29,740 nt of DNA from Candidatus Hydrogenedentota bacterium (GTDB lineage Bacteria > Hydrogenedentota > Hydrogenedentia > Hydrogenedentales > GCA-2746185), in NCBI GenBank assembly GCA_046583315.1, contig JAYGCN010000187.1:1-29740 (forward strand). Reading direction: 5' to 3'. The translations under genes and the position numbers were made by a program. This document shows, piece after piece, positions 8,104-17,175 of this stretch. Position 1 is the first letter of the stretch. Each line of letters opens with the position of its first letter. Below the pieces are notes generated by a model, which was not told the origin of the DNA, ran no database searches, and saw nothing but the letters and a program-made list of their open reading frames with translations.

Positions 8104-9390
8104 GGTGGCGAAGACTTCGCGTGCGTCGGAGAGCGTCTTGTCGATGATGTCGTCGGTGTGCGCGATGCTGGTGAAGCCGGCTTCGTATTGGGATGGCGCG
8201 AAATAGTTGCCGCGTTCGAGCATGCCGTGGAAGTATTTGTTGAAGCGCTCGATGTTGGACGTGGTCGCGTCCTGATAATTGCGCACGGGGTTCTCATTAA
8301 AAAACAGGCACGCCATCGAACCGACCTGTGTCTGAAACACGGGTATGCCCGATTCTTCTGCGATTGCGCCGAGGCCTTCGCCCAGTCGCGTTTGTGCCGA
8401 TTCAACTTTTTCAAAGACACCGAGTTCGGAAAGCGCATTCAACGTCGCAATCCCCGCAGCCGTAGCCAAGGGATTTCCAGATAACGTTCCCGCCTGATAC
8501 ACGGGACCCTCCGGCGAAAGATTCTGCATGATTTCAGCCGGGCCGCCATAAGCACCCACGGGCAATCCGCCGCCAATCACTTTTCCGAGCGTAATTAGAT
8601 CAGGCGTGACACCGTAGCGTTCTTCGGCACCACCCATCGCGATACGAAATCCGCTCATGACCTCATCGAAGATTAGCATGGCGCCGTGGGCCTGAGTGAT
8701 CTCACGTAGACCTGCCAAATAGCCATGCTCCGGAACAATGACACCCATGTTGCCCGGCACCGGTTCCAGAATCATGCACGCAATCTCGTCACCGCGCGAT
8801 GCAAAGGCCTCTCGCGCCGCATCCAAATCGTTATACGGCACCGTCAGTGTTGATTCCACAAATGACGCTGGAATACCCGGACTCGTCGGCGTGCCGAAGG
8901 TCGTCGGGCCGCTACCGGCGTTCACCAACAGGCTATCCACGTGTCCGTGATAGCAGCCTTCGATTTTCAGCACCAAATCGCGTTTGGTCACGCCCCGGGC
9001 CAGTCGAATCGCGCTCATCGTGGCTTCGGTACCGCTGTTTACCAGGCGTACCTTCTCGATACAGCCGATTTTGCTTGCGATGAGCTCACCCAGCCGGATT
9101 TCCGCTTCGGTGGGAATGCCGAAACTGGCTCCGTCCTTGAGAGCCTCGGCGACGGCTTCATGAACCGGGGGATAGGCGTGGCCCAAGACCAGCGGTCCCC
9201 AGGAAAGCACGTAATCGATATAAGAATTTCCGTCGACATCGGTAACGTAAGCACCCTTGCCGGACTTCGCGAAGAAAGGTTCACCGCCGACGGCTTTGAA
9301 TGCGCGAACCGGACTGTTTACGCCGCCCACAAGAACGGATTGCGCCTGACGAAAAAGTTCAGAGGAAGTAGAGGTATTCATGGAAGGCAT
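8098..9390 (-). CDS. hemL: Glutamate-1-semialdehyde 2,1-aminomutase
   Basis: GGVNSPVRAF, NSGTEATMSAIRLAR, GCYHGH, FDEVMSGFR, LGKVIGGGLPVGAYGG, YQAGTLSGNP. Confidence 0.98.
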   Translation of the reverse strand: MPSMNTSTSSELFRQAQSVLVGGVNSPVRAFKAVGGEPFFAKSGKGAYVTDVDGNSYIDYVLSWGPLVLGHAYPPVHEAVAEALKDGASFGIPTEAEIRLGELIASKIGCIEKVRLVNSGTEATMSAIRLARGVTKRDLVLKIEGCYHGHVDSLLVNAGSGPTTFGTPTSPGIPASFVESTLTVPYNDLDAAREAFASRGDEIACMILEPVPGNMGVIVPEHGYLAGLREITQAHGAMLIFDEVMSGFRIAMGGAEERYGVTPDLITLGKVIGGGLPVGAYGGPAEIMQNLSPEGPVYQAGTLSGNPLATAAGIATLNALSELGVFEKVESAQTRLGEGLGAIAEESGIPVFQTQVGSMACLFFNENPVRNYQDATTSNIERFNKYFHGMLERGNYFAPSQYEAGFTSIAHTDDIIDKTLSDAREVFATL

Positions 9391-9425
9391 ACTTTCCAGA
9401 TCGGTTGTGGGTCGTTAGATGATAC

Positions 9426-9980
9426 TTAGCGAATTTTCGCGACCAACGCGAGTGCTGTTTCATATCCGCCATCGAAATCTATGCGAGTGATCTCATCCAG
9501 ATGAATACGCTTAGTGCCGTTCCATTTGGCATCGGGATCCATTTCGTTCAGCAGCACCGTTTTGTCACAAACGGATTCAACCGATCCCACATAACATGCA
9601 TCCGGATCGTGGGATTCGCGGTGCAACGTCATCAAAGGAAAGTTCTGGTCGATGGAAGAGAGGACGGTACTGATATCCGTCAGGTCTACGAGCACCGGAC
9701 GCTTCACAACTTTCTTGCGAATCTCCAGAGCCGTCTCGATAAATCGCGCATGGTCCACTTCGATGTTCAATTCCGAAATGTCCTGCACGCGAATGAGTGA
9801 ATACCCGTTCAATGTGATTCGATCGTCTACAAGTTGCAGCAACATATAGTCCTCGTTGCCATCGACTACGTAGCCGAGATCGTACACCTCGTCGCCATCG
9901 ATCGATTCCCGATAACACTCCACCAACTTCGTGTACCGTCTCGCCGTGGCCACTTTCTTCGCATTTTCCGTCGACGTCAT
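9426..9980 (-). CDS. Hypothetical protein with two similar beta-rich halves
   Basis: Start MTSTE at 9980 follows GGGAGAAG; LGYVVDGNEDYMLLQLVD...IRVQDISEL resembles VGSVESVCDKTVLLNEMD...IHLDEITRI. Confidence 0.75.
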   Translation of the reverse strand: MTSTENAKKVATARRYTKLVECYRESIDGDEVYDLGYVVDGNEDYMLLQLVDDRITLNGYSLIRVQDISELNIEVDHARFIETALEIRKKVVKRPVLVDLTDISTVLSSIDQNFPLMTLHRESHDPDACYVGSVESVCDKTVLLNEMDPDAKWNGTKRIHLDEITRIDFDGGYETALALVAKIR

Positions 9981-10159
9981 AACTTCTCCCCTAGACTGCA
10001 ATTCGAAGTTCGCCTCCATCATGCCAATTTAATCAGGTCCGGTACAAGTTTATATTTCGCCCCCGAGAAACAAAAGTAGTAACCATAGAGCCATCTATGG
10101 TTTAATATTCCTCTTGTCGTAGAATCGAAACGTATCACTGTTCCGGGGAGACCACTACC

Positions 10160-10981
10160 ATGTCCACCACGAACTGGCAAACTGCAAAAGAATACAACGA
10201 AATCTTCTATCATAAAGCTGATGGAATTGCGAAAATTACGATAAACCGGCCCGAAAAGCGCAATGCCTTTACGCCATTGACCGTGGATGAAATGCGCGAC
10301 GCGCTCGACGATGCACGGATGGATACCTCCATCGGCGTCATCATCCTCACCGGTGAAGGCGACCTCGCGTTCTGCTCCGGCGGCGATCAGGGGATTCGCG
10401 GCGACGCGGGATATGAAGGCACCACCGGCCCACCTCGCTTGAACGTACTCGACTTTCAGCGCGAAATTCGCGTGTGTCCCAAACCGGTGATTGCGATGGT
10501 CGCGGGATACGCGATCGGTGGCGGACACATTCTCCATCTCGTTTGTGATTTAACCATCGCCGCGGAGAATGCCATCTTCGGTCAGACCGGACCCAAGGTC
10601 GGCTCCTTTGATGCTGGATACGGTTCCAGTCATCTCGCACGAATCGTCGGGCAGAAGAAGGCGCGCGAAATCTGGTTCTTGTGTCGGCAATACGACGTTC
10701 GTGCGGCAGAAAAAATGGGCATGGTTAATCACATCGCGCCGCTTGCCGAACTCGAAGAAGAAACCGTGAAATGGTGTAAAGAGATTCTCGCACTCTCACC
10801 AATCGCGTTGCGCTGTATCAAAGCGGCCATGAATGCCGACGAAGACGGCGGTGCCGGATTACAACAACTCGGCGGCGACGCGACGTTACTCTTCTACATG
10901 AGCGAAGAAGGCCAAGAAGGCCGCAACGCCTACAACGAAAAACGTAAACCAGACTTCAGTCGTTTCCCGAGATTGCCTTAA
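10160..10981 (+). CDS. menB: 1,4-dihydroxy-2-naphthoyl-CoA synthase
   Basis: [54 protein letters not shown]. Confidence 0.98.
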   Translation: MSTTNWQTAKEYNEIFYHKADGIAKITINRPEKRNAFTPLTVDEMRDALDDARMDTSIGVIILTGEGDLAFCSGGDQGIRGDAGYEGTTGPPRLNVLDFQREIRVCPKPVIAMVAGYAIGGGHILHLVCDLTIAAENAIFGQTGPKVGSFDAGYGSSHLARIVGQKKAREIWFLCRQYDVRAAEKMGMVNHIAPLAELEEETVKWCKEILALSPIALRCIKAAMNADEDGGAGLQQLGGDATLLFYMSEEGQEGRNAYNEKRKPDFSRFPRLP

Positions 10982-10986
10982 CTGCC

Positions 10987-11122
10987 TATTCACCGCGGAG
11001 ACGCGGAGAAACGCGGAGGAAGAAACCGAATACAGCTTTTTTCTTAATGCAAAGGTGCAAAGCCGCAAAGGAAGGAACTGAAAACTGCTTTAAGAACATA
11101 TTTAACACAGAGACGTAGAGAG
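10987..11122 (+). repeat. Left array: three units of an ~8-bp-period repeat (YGCRRAG)n
   Basis: TATTCACCGCGGAGACGCGGAGAAACGCGGAG (10987), TTAATGCAAAGGTGCAAAGCCGCAAAGG (11044), TTTAACACAGAGACGTAGAGAG (11101). Confidence 0.8.
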
Positions 11123-11191
11123 TTTTACTGATATGGCGAGTGGTAGTTGACCCACTTGTACACTGTACATTTTGTGTGAAAGTTGATTTCT

Positions 11192-11867
11192 ATGGACCAC
11201 CTTCTAAAATATTTGGAAAAGCACTTTAATGAGAGTGATCTGAGTACTTCGGAATTTAGGCTTTCAGGTGAATATTATCTGCGATTCGAACTCGGGGATC
11301 CCCATAAGAACGGTACAATTGAACGCGTAAATCAGAGTGTCAAACGAGCAGTTACTATTTTTGAAGAAATATTTGACGAGAACGATGATATCTGCTTATT
11401 TATCAAGTCTGGTTCATATGATGTTGATTCCACCAAAGGTCTAATTCCAATAAACGACCATCTAGAGAATCAACCCAAGAATTTTTCTTACCAAGATGTT
11501 TCTCAACGAACAGAAGTGGAAATTGAAGAATGAGGAAGTTTATGATTTTAACAAGGATGGGAATTTGGTGGTCGTAGATGCTGATGACCTCACTCATGTT
11601 CTAACGTGTCTTTGTCTGAAGCAAAAGGATATCAGGGTTGAGAATATTATTAGAGGCATCGCGAATTATGATATGGGATTTACACCCAGTATTGTTGACA
11701 GAATCTACTTCATAAACACGGACGCAAGTGTTGTATTTTATATGTATGATGATCGGGGATGTTTGTTGTTTTCCGATAGAAAAGATGTACTAGAACCACT
11801 ATATACGAAATTCAACAATTGGCTAGTGGATTACGATAGAAAGAACCTCGCATTACTCTTTGAGTAA
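11192..11867 (+). pseudogene. DUF3885-family protein split by a frameshift (~11496-11533); low GC
   Basis: 5' ORF has LRFELG...RAVTIFEEIF; the +1 ORF has IANYDMG...IYFIN...MYDDRG...YTKFNNWLVDYDR. About 37% GC in a counted line versus about 57% in a menB line. Confidence 0.8.
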
Positions 11868-11978
11868 CCCTCGGCGCTAAAATAAATTGCTCTTAGCAGT
11901 TCTCCGCGACCTCCGCGTCTCCGCGGTGAATAAAATATGAAAAGAAAAACCCCTTGCGCCTTTGCGTCTTTGCGTTAA
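11868..11978 (-). repeat. Right array: inverted copies of the same repeat units
   Basis: Minus strand TTAACGCAAAGACGCAAAGGCGCAAGGG (11978), TATTCACCGCGGAGACGCGGAGGTCGCGGAG (11932), truncated TTAGCGCCGAGGG (11880). Confidence 0.82.
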
Positions 11979-11996
11979 AAACAAAAGAGTGAATGA

Positions 11997-12872
11997 ATGA
12001 AAAATTGGATACTCGCCAGCAGACCCAAGACCCTCTGGGCGGGAGCATGCCCAGTGATGCTGGGTACGGCGATGGCGTTTGACGCGGGGTTGATGCATGT
12101 TCCCTCGGCGTTGGCGGCACTGCTCGGCGCGTTGCTCATTCAAATCGGCACGAACTTCGCCAACGATTATTACGATGGCCTCAAAGGCACGGACGATGAA
12201 AATCGAAAAGGTCCGCCTCGTGCTGTTGCGTCCGGCTTAATCACGTCTGAGACCATGAAACGCGCAATGATCGTGACCATGTTGCTCGTGTTCGTTCCGG
12301 GCGCGTATATTTTGTGGCGTGGGGGAGTCCCCTTTCTCATCATCGGCATCGTCTCCATCCTTTCCGGCATCGCTTATACCGGCGGCCCCTACCCCCTGGC
12401 GTACAACGGACTCGGTGATATCTTTGCGCTCGTATTTTTCGGTCCTGTTGCGGTCGCGGGAACCTACTATCTTCAGATCTACGCTGTTCCGCCAGAGGTC
12501 ATCATTGCTGGATTCGCTCCTGGATTATTTTCGGTGGCTATCCTCACGGTCAACAACCTGCGCGACATCGAAGGCGATGCGAAGGCCGGGAAAAAGACCT
12601 TAGCCGTTCGTTTCGGTGCCGGATTTTCTCGCTTCGAATACGTGGTGTCTCTGTTCGCCGCGACACTCGTGATACCCGTCGGCCTAAGCCTGTACACGGG
12701 CGCGCATTACTTATCCATCGTGTCCGGGGTTACCTTTCTTTTAGCCATCCCCGCGTACATAGCGATTGTGCATCACGCCGCAGATGGCCCCATCATGAAC
12801 GCCACCCTCGCGAACACCGGAAAATATCTCCTCATTTTCACTATCCTGTTTTCCGTCGGATGGATTCTATGA
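11997..12872 (+). CDS. menA: 1,4-dihydroxy-2-naphthoate polyprenyltransferase
   Basis: W..ASRPKTL, NFANDYYDGLKGTD, YTGGPYPLAY.GLGD, NNLRDIEGD..GKKTLAVRFG; multiple TM helices. Confidence 0.97.
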   Translation: MKNWILASRPKTLWAGACPVMLGTAMAFDAGLMHVPSALAALLGALLIQIGTNFANDYYDGLKGTDDENRKGPPRAVASGLITSETMKRAMIVTMLLVFVPGAYILWRGGVPFLIIGIVSILSGIAYTGGPYPLAYNGLGDIFALVFFGPVAVAGTYYLQIYAVPPEVIIAGFAPGLFSVAILTVNNLRDIEGDAKAGKKTLAVRFGAGFSRFEYVVSLFAATLVIPVGLSLYTGAHYLSIVSGVTFLLAIPAYIAIVHHAADGPIMNATLANTGKYLLIFTILFSVGWIL

Positions 12873-14269
12873 CGCTTCACAACGGAAAACCTTCCGACCC
12901 CGCTGTCATCGCTCCCGAAGGCGTGCTGACCTACTCCGAATTGGATGCTCAGTTCGACCTCTGCGTCACTACGTTTCGAGCGGCCGGCATACAACCCGGT
13001 CATCGTGTCGCGTTGTACCAGTCCACATCCCTGCGTTACCTCATCTCCATGCTCGCACTCATCGAACTCGGTACGGTCGCGTGTCCCATCAGTACACGCC
13101 TGCCGGAAGACGGACTCCAGGATGCTGTGCGTCGTATTGGTGCCCAAGCTATTTTTTACGCGGATCGTGTCGCACCTGTCGCAGGATCGCCGATAAGCCC
13201 CATCTTCTTCGACGGCATGCGGATCGATCCCCAGGAAGAAGAAGCCGAAGAAGCCGCAACTGATTCTGATCGCTGGGCGACGATTATTTTTACGTCAGGT
13301 AGTTCCGGTACACCCAAGGCCGCGGTACACTCGCTCGACAATCATTTCCAGAGTGCTTTGGCGTCCAACGTGAATATTGCGCTCGTACCCGGCGACCAAT
13401 GGTTGCTTTCACTTCCTCTGTTTCATGTGGGCGGACTCGGCATAATTTTTCGGTGTTTACAGGCTGGTGCAGCGATGGTATTGCCTCAGGCAGACGAGTC
13501 GCTCGAGAAAACGCTCGAAACGGACGGCGTGACCCATATCTCCCTCGTGTCCACACAGCTTTATCGCCTCATGCAGTCCGAAGAATCAACGCGCCGACTC
13601 GCGAAATTCAAAGCCGTGCTCATGGGGGGTAGCGCGATGCCGGAACGCCTGATCGCGCGGGCAATCGAGGCGGGCATCCCCATTCACACCAGCTACGGCA
13701 TGACAGAGATGACCACGCAGATTACCTGCACGCCCGCGCACGCCGATAACGAGACCTTACAGTCGTCGGGATTTCCCTTGCGTCCCGATTCGATCCGATT
13801 GGCTGATGATGGAGAGATTCAGGTGAACGGCCCCACGCGTTTTCAGGGCTACTTTACAAATCGCGAACTCGATTCCCCCTTCACCTCTGGCGGCTGGTTC
13901 TCCACCGGAGACTGCGGACGCTTCGACAAGGCCGGGCGCCTCCACGTCACCGGACGCGTCGATAATCAATTCATCAGCGGCGGCGAAAACATCCAGCCCG
14001 AAGAAATCGAACACGCGTTCTGTCAAATCGAAGGGATTCTGCAAGCCGTTGTCGTGCCCATCAACGATGAAGAATTCGGACAGCGTCCTGTGGCTCTGAT
14101 TCGCGCAGAAGGCGAATGGAATGAAGCCTCTCTCAAAGATAATCTCCGCCAGACGCTACCCAGATTCATGATACCCGCTCGAATACTCGAATGGCCTTCC
14201 GAGCTTATTCCAGAAGGAATGAAAGTGAACCGCACCCGACTTCGTGAGTATTGTGTTTCCGAAATCTAG
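12869..14269 (+). CDS. menE: o-succinylbenzoate--CoA ligase
   Basis: FTSGSSGTPKA, SLPLFHVGGL, SYGMTE, TGD, GRVDNQFISGGENIQPEEIE; ATGA overlap with menA. Confidence 0.93.
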   Translation: MTLHNGKPSDPAVIAPEGVLTYSELDAQFDLCVTTFRAAGIQPGHRVALYQSTSLRYLISMLALIELGTVACPISTRLPEDGLQDAVRRIGAQAIFYADRVAPVAGSPISPIFFDGMRIDPQEEEAEEAATDSDRWATIIFTSGSSGTPKAAVHSLDNHFQSALASNVNIALVPGDQWLLSLPLFHVGGLGIIFRCLQAGAAMVLPQADESLEKTLETDGVTHISLVSTQLYRLMQSEESTRRLAKFKAVLMGGSAMPERLIARAIEAGIPIHTSYGMTEMTTQITCTPAHADNETLQSSGFPLRPDSIRLADDGEIQVNGPTRFQGYFTNRELDSPFTSGGWFSTGDCGRFDKAGRLHVTGRVDNQFISGGENIQPEEIEHAFCQIEGILQAVVVPINDEEFGQRPVALIRAEGEWNEASLKDNLRQTLPRFMIPARILEWPSELIPEGMKVNRTRLREYCVSEI

Positions 14270-14314
14270 CAGTTATAGTACGAAAATAGACGCAGAGGAG
14301 AGAAAGGGGCATTC

Positions 14315-15007
14315 ATGGATCGGGAAACAAAGTTGAAGGAACTGCTTGAGGAAACACGTCAGCGTATTCGGGAACTTGCGGATGAGGATCCCGACGAATG
14401 GTTCTACGCAAATCGATATATTTTCGAAAGACTTGGATTGGATGAACGGAAAACAAAGACAGGTATAAAGAAGGCCCTATTTGACGCGAATGAACCATGT
14501 GACTTCTGCGGAAAACATTTTGAGACGAAGAAGAACGTTCATATTCATCGAAGAGATAGCAAAAGAGCATACTCATCTGATAATTGTGTACTCATGCATC
14601 CGGAATGTCATAGGGACCATCATAAAGAGAACCCGAATGAGGGTCTTTCTAATCTGACGATGGAACAGGAAGTATCATCGGATGCGAGGTATCGAACGAA
14701 GGGAAGCTGTTTATATGATAACAACAGGTTTCGATATTGGTGGGATATTTCGCCGAATCACCTCGAACGATACAAGAATGAAGACGGTATTCGATTTATG
14801 AAAGATGATTCGGGTATGTTCTGTGAGGTTTCATTTGCTACTTTGAAGCCTTTTCTGAGTGAGATTCGTCGAACGTCACGAGGTAAAGGGAACTGGGGTG
14901 TACGTGTGCTGCTGGAGCAACCGGAAGAACTTGCGTTTGAGTCCCCTTCGGGTAGTAAAGATTGGAAATTCCTGTCCGTAGAGTGGCAACAAGGCTCTCA
15001 TACCTAA
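14315..15007 (+). CDS. HNH endonuclease-domain protein, AT-richer than flanks
   Basis: CDFC...VHIHRRDSKRAYSSDNCVLMHPECHRDHH; unassigned N- and C-terminal regions. Confidence 0.8.
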   Translation: MDRETKLKELLEETRQRIRELADEDPDEWFYANRYIFERLGLDERKTKTGIKKALFDANEPCDFCGKHFETKKNVHIHRRDSKRAYSSDNCVLMHPECHRDHHKENPNEGLSNLTMEQEVSSDARYRTKGSCLYDNNRFRYWWDISPNHLERYKNEDGIRFMKDDSGMFCEVSFATLKPFLSEIRRTSRGKGNWGVRVLLEQPEELAFESPSGSKDWKFLSVEWQQGSHT

Positions 15008-16845
15008 AGTATCTTCTCAATGGAGACCGTCTGCCCTTCTTTGAAGTGCGCGTAGTCGAAGGCTTCTTGACTGATTCGAATTGCGTCCCCGTCTGTGACT
15101 CCCGTTGCCGAACAATGAAATGATCGGAGTCCGCCGAACCACCATCGTGGATCGGTCACGTAGATCAGATCGTCGACTTCCGCGGACATCGTATCCAGGG
15201 CTGACTGCGGCACGAGGACCTTATTCATGGCATCCAGTTCCGGATCGACGACGACGGGAATCGTGGCCCATTTGCCCGGCGTGCGATTCGGGGTCGAGCC
15301 ACCTTTGAAGGCCCGCATTGCATCGAGTTGTGTTCCATTGACGAGGCCGACGAGTTGTGCCTCCTCACGTGGCTTGGTAAACAAGGTCACAATTATCCCG
15401 ATCGTTCCACATGCCGCGAGTCCGAAAAATGAGCGCGTGAATTTGTAGCTGTCTTCGCCCATGCCGAAGGAGAAGGGTTGCAAGAAAAGGTTGTCGAGCG
15501 AATCGTGAAATGATAGTCCAATGAGGATCCCGCCGCCGATCATCGTCGCAAGTGCGGCCTTTGTGCTGTACTTTTTCCAGAGAATGCCGAGGAATATCGC
15601 GGTCACGATAGGGGGCGTCACGGCGGCGGTAAACATGCCGTGGGCGGAATAAATGCTGTCCTGTTTCATGAATACGAGGACCAGCAGGACACCCACGAAG
15701 ACCGTGCACATGCTGCTGATGCGCGCGACCTTGAGGTAATGTTTGTCCGCCGCGTCCGGTTTTATATATGGACGATAAATATCGTTAATCACAATTGAGC
15801 TAACGGCGGTAACCAGTGTATCTGCCGTACTCATCAACGCGGCAGTAAGCGCGGCCAGAACGAACCCGAATACGCCCGGCATCAACAGGAAGGACGCGGC
15901 ATCCACGAAGGCGTCCTTGCCATTCGTTTCGATTTCACCGTTCGCTACCAACGCCGCAGCAATCCAACCGCCGCCACTCACGGTAATCGCAGCAAGCGGA
16001 TACAGAATCAACATCCAGAAAACCGCCATCTTTCGCGCCTCTTTTACACTCCGAAGCGAAAGAAACCGCATGATCATTCCCTGATTCATCAACACGAAGG
16101 CGCCCGTATTGGCGAGTCCGTCCTGTCCGTAGATCCCGATAAAGCTGAAATTATCCGGCGCATTAAACTCCGAATACATAAACTTGTGGGACCGGGGGAG
16201 AAGGTCCCAAAAATTCCCAAAGCCTCCGAAATGATAGATGCCGACGAAGAAGAGACCCAGACCGGCAACCAATAGAATGAAACCCTGCGCCAAGTCTGTC
16301 ATGATCACCGAAGTCTGACCGCCCGCAAACATATACAGCATCACGACGAACGCTGTCCCGATTGCCCCGACCATGATGGGCAGTCCTGTCAAGGTCTGTA
16401 CAAGTACGCCCAGCGTGAACAGATTTATACCGACGTACCCGATTAGATACAGCAGGATGAGCGCGGTCGCTGCATGTCGAGAAACGGTGCCGAATCGACG
16501 TTCAAAATATTCCGGCACCGATTGGATTCTTCCGAAATAGATTATCGGGAGCCAAAGCAGGAGCAGAATCGGCATCCAGAACCAGTCATTCATATACGAC
16601 TGCGTACTACTGAGTCCGTATTGAAACCCGACATCGCTGTACTTCACAAAACTGTAGCTGCCGACCGTAGTAGCAACGCCCGAGAAGGCGATCAGCCACC
16701 ACGAAAAGCGTTGCCCGCCGAAAAAGAAATCTTTGGTACTCTTCGTATACTTCCCGAACCATAGGCCAAAGGAAACCACGGCCACAAAATAGAACGCGAC
16801 GACAAAAAGATCGATGGGCGCGCCCACAAAATTGGTATCGTTCAT
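15004..16845 (-). CDS. Sodium:solute symporter (SSS) family transporter
   Basis: DFFFGGQRFSWW, SVPEYFERRFG, GGQTSVIMTDLAQ, AALMSTADT; GGAGG RBS before ATG 16845. Confidence 0.93.
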   Translation of the reverse strand: MNDTNFVGAPIDLFVVAFYFVAVVSFGLWFGKYTKSTKDFFFGGQRFSWWLIAFSGVATTVGSYSFVKYSDVGFQYGLSSTQSYMNDWFWMPILLLLWLPIIYFGRIQSVPEYFERRFGTVSRHAATALILLYLIGYVGINLFTLGVLVQTLTGLPIMVGAIGTAFVVMLYMFAGGQTSVIMTDLAQGFILLVAGLGLFFVGIYHFGGFGNFWDLLPRSHKFMYSEFNAPDNFSFIGIYGQDGLANTGAFVLMNQGMIMRFLSLRSVKEARKMAVFWMLILYPLAAITVSGGGWIAAALVANGEIETNGKDAFVDAASFLLMPGVFGFVLAALTAALMSTADTLVTAVSSIVINDIYRPYIKPDAADKHYLKVARISSMCTVFVGVLLVLVFMKQDSIYSAHGMFTAAVTPPIVTAIFLGILWKKYSTKAALATMIGGGILIGLSFHDSLDNLFLQPFSFGMGEDSYKFTRSFFGLAACGTIGIIVTLFTKPREEAQLVGLVNGTQLDAMRAFKGGSTPNRTPGKWATIPVVVDPELDAMNKVLVPQSALDTMSAEVDDLIYVTDPRWWFGGLRSFHCSATGVTDGDAIRISQEAFDYAHFKEGQTVSIEKIL

Positions 16846-17069
16846 TGCGTCGCCTCCGCGGGCAGATTTGGAAGCCAAAACGTGAACGCACAAGAGAGGA
16901 GCAGAAGGAATACGAAGCCCCCGACGATGATATAAACCACTCGCTTATCTTCAGCATCGGACAAGTTCAGGTATTTACTTGTTATCCCGCACCACAATCC
17001 GATAGCGCATAGGACGAAACCTCCGCCAAACTGCACAATGATCGGCCAAATTCGCGCCATATCGTCCAT
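16842..17069 (-). CDS. Small two-TM protein (75 aa), probable SSS accessory subunit
   Basis: AGGAGA RBS, two hydrophobic stretches, ATGA overlap with the SSS gene. Confidence 0.75.
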   Translation of the reverse strand: MDDMARIWPIIVQFGGGFVLCAIGLWCGITSKYLNLSDAEDKRVVYIIVGGFVFLLLLSCAFTFWLPNLPAEATQ

Positions 17070-17106
17070 GTATGATTCTCCTGACTCCCGAGCACAACAG
17101 TCCTGT

Positions 17107-17135
17107 ATCATAGCGAGCCACGAATGATTGCGCAA
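17107..17135 (-). promoter_or_regulatory. Sigma-70 promoter of the SSS operon
   Basis: TTGCGC-N17-TATGAT. Confidence 0.6.
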
Positions 17136-17175
17136 GGAAACAGGGCGCCCCGGACTTTTCCGCAGGATTCGACGG

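Noticed and set aside
10987..11978. CRISPR array or autonomous IS element
   Set aside because: Units are heterogeneous and inverted between sides; no transposase or target-site duplication seen.
11877..12143. Small minus-strand ORFs (TQRRK/TAETRR, NAKTQRRK/HRGDAE)
   Set aside because: Translations of the repeat units plus antisense menA sequence.
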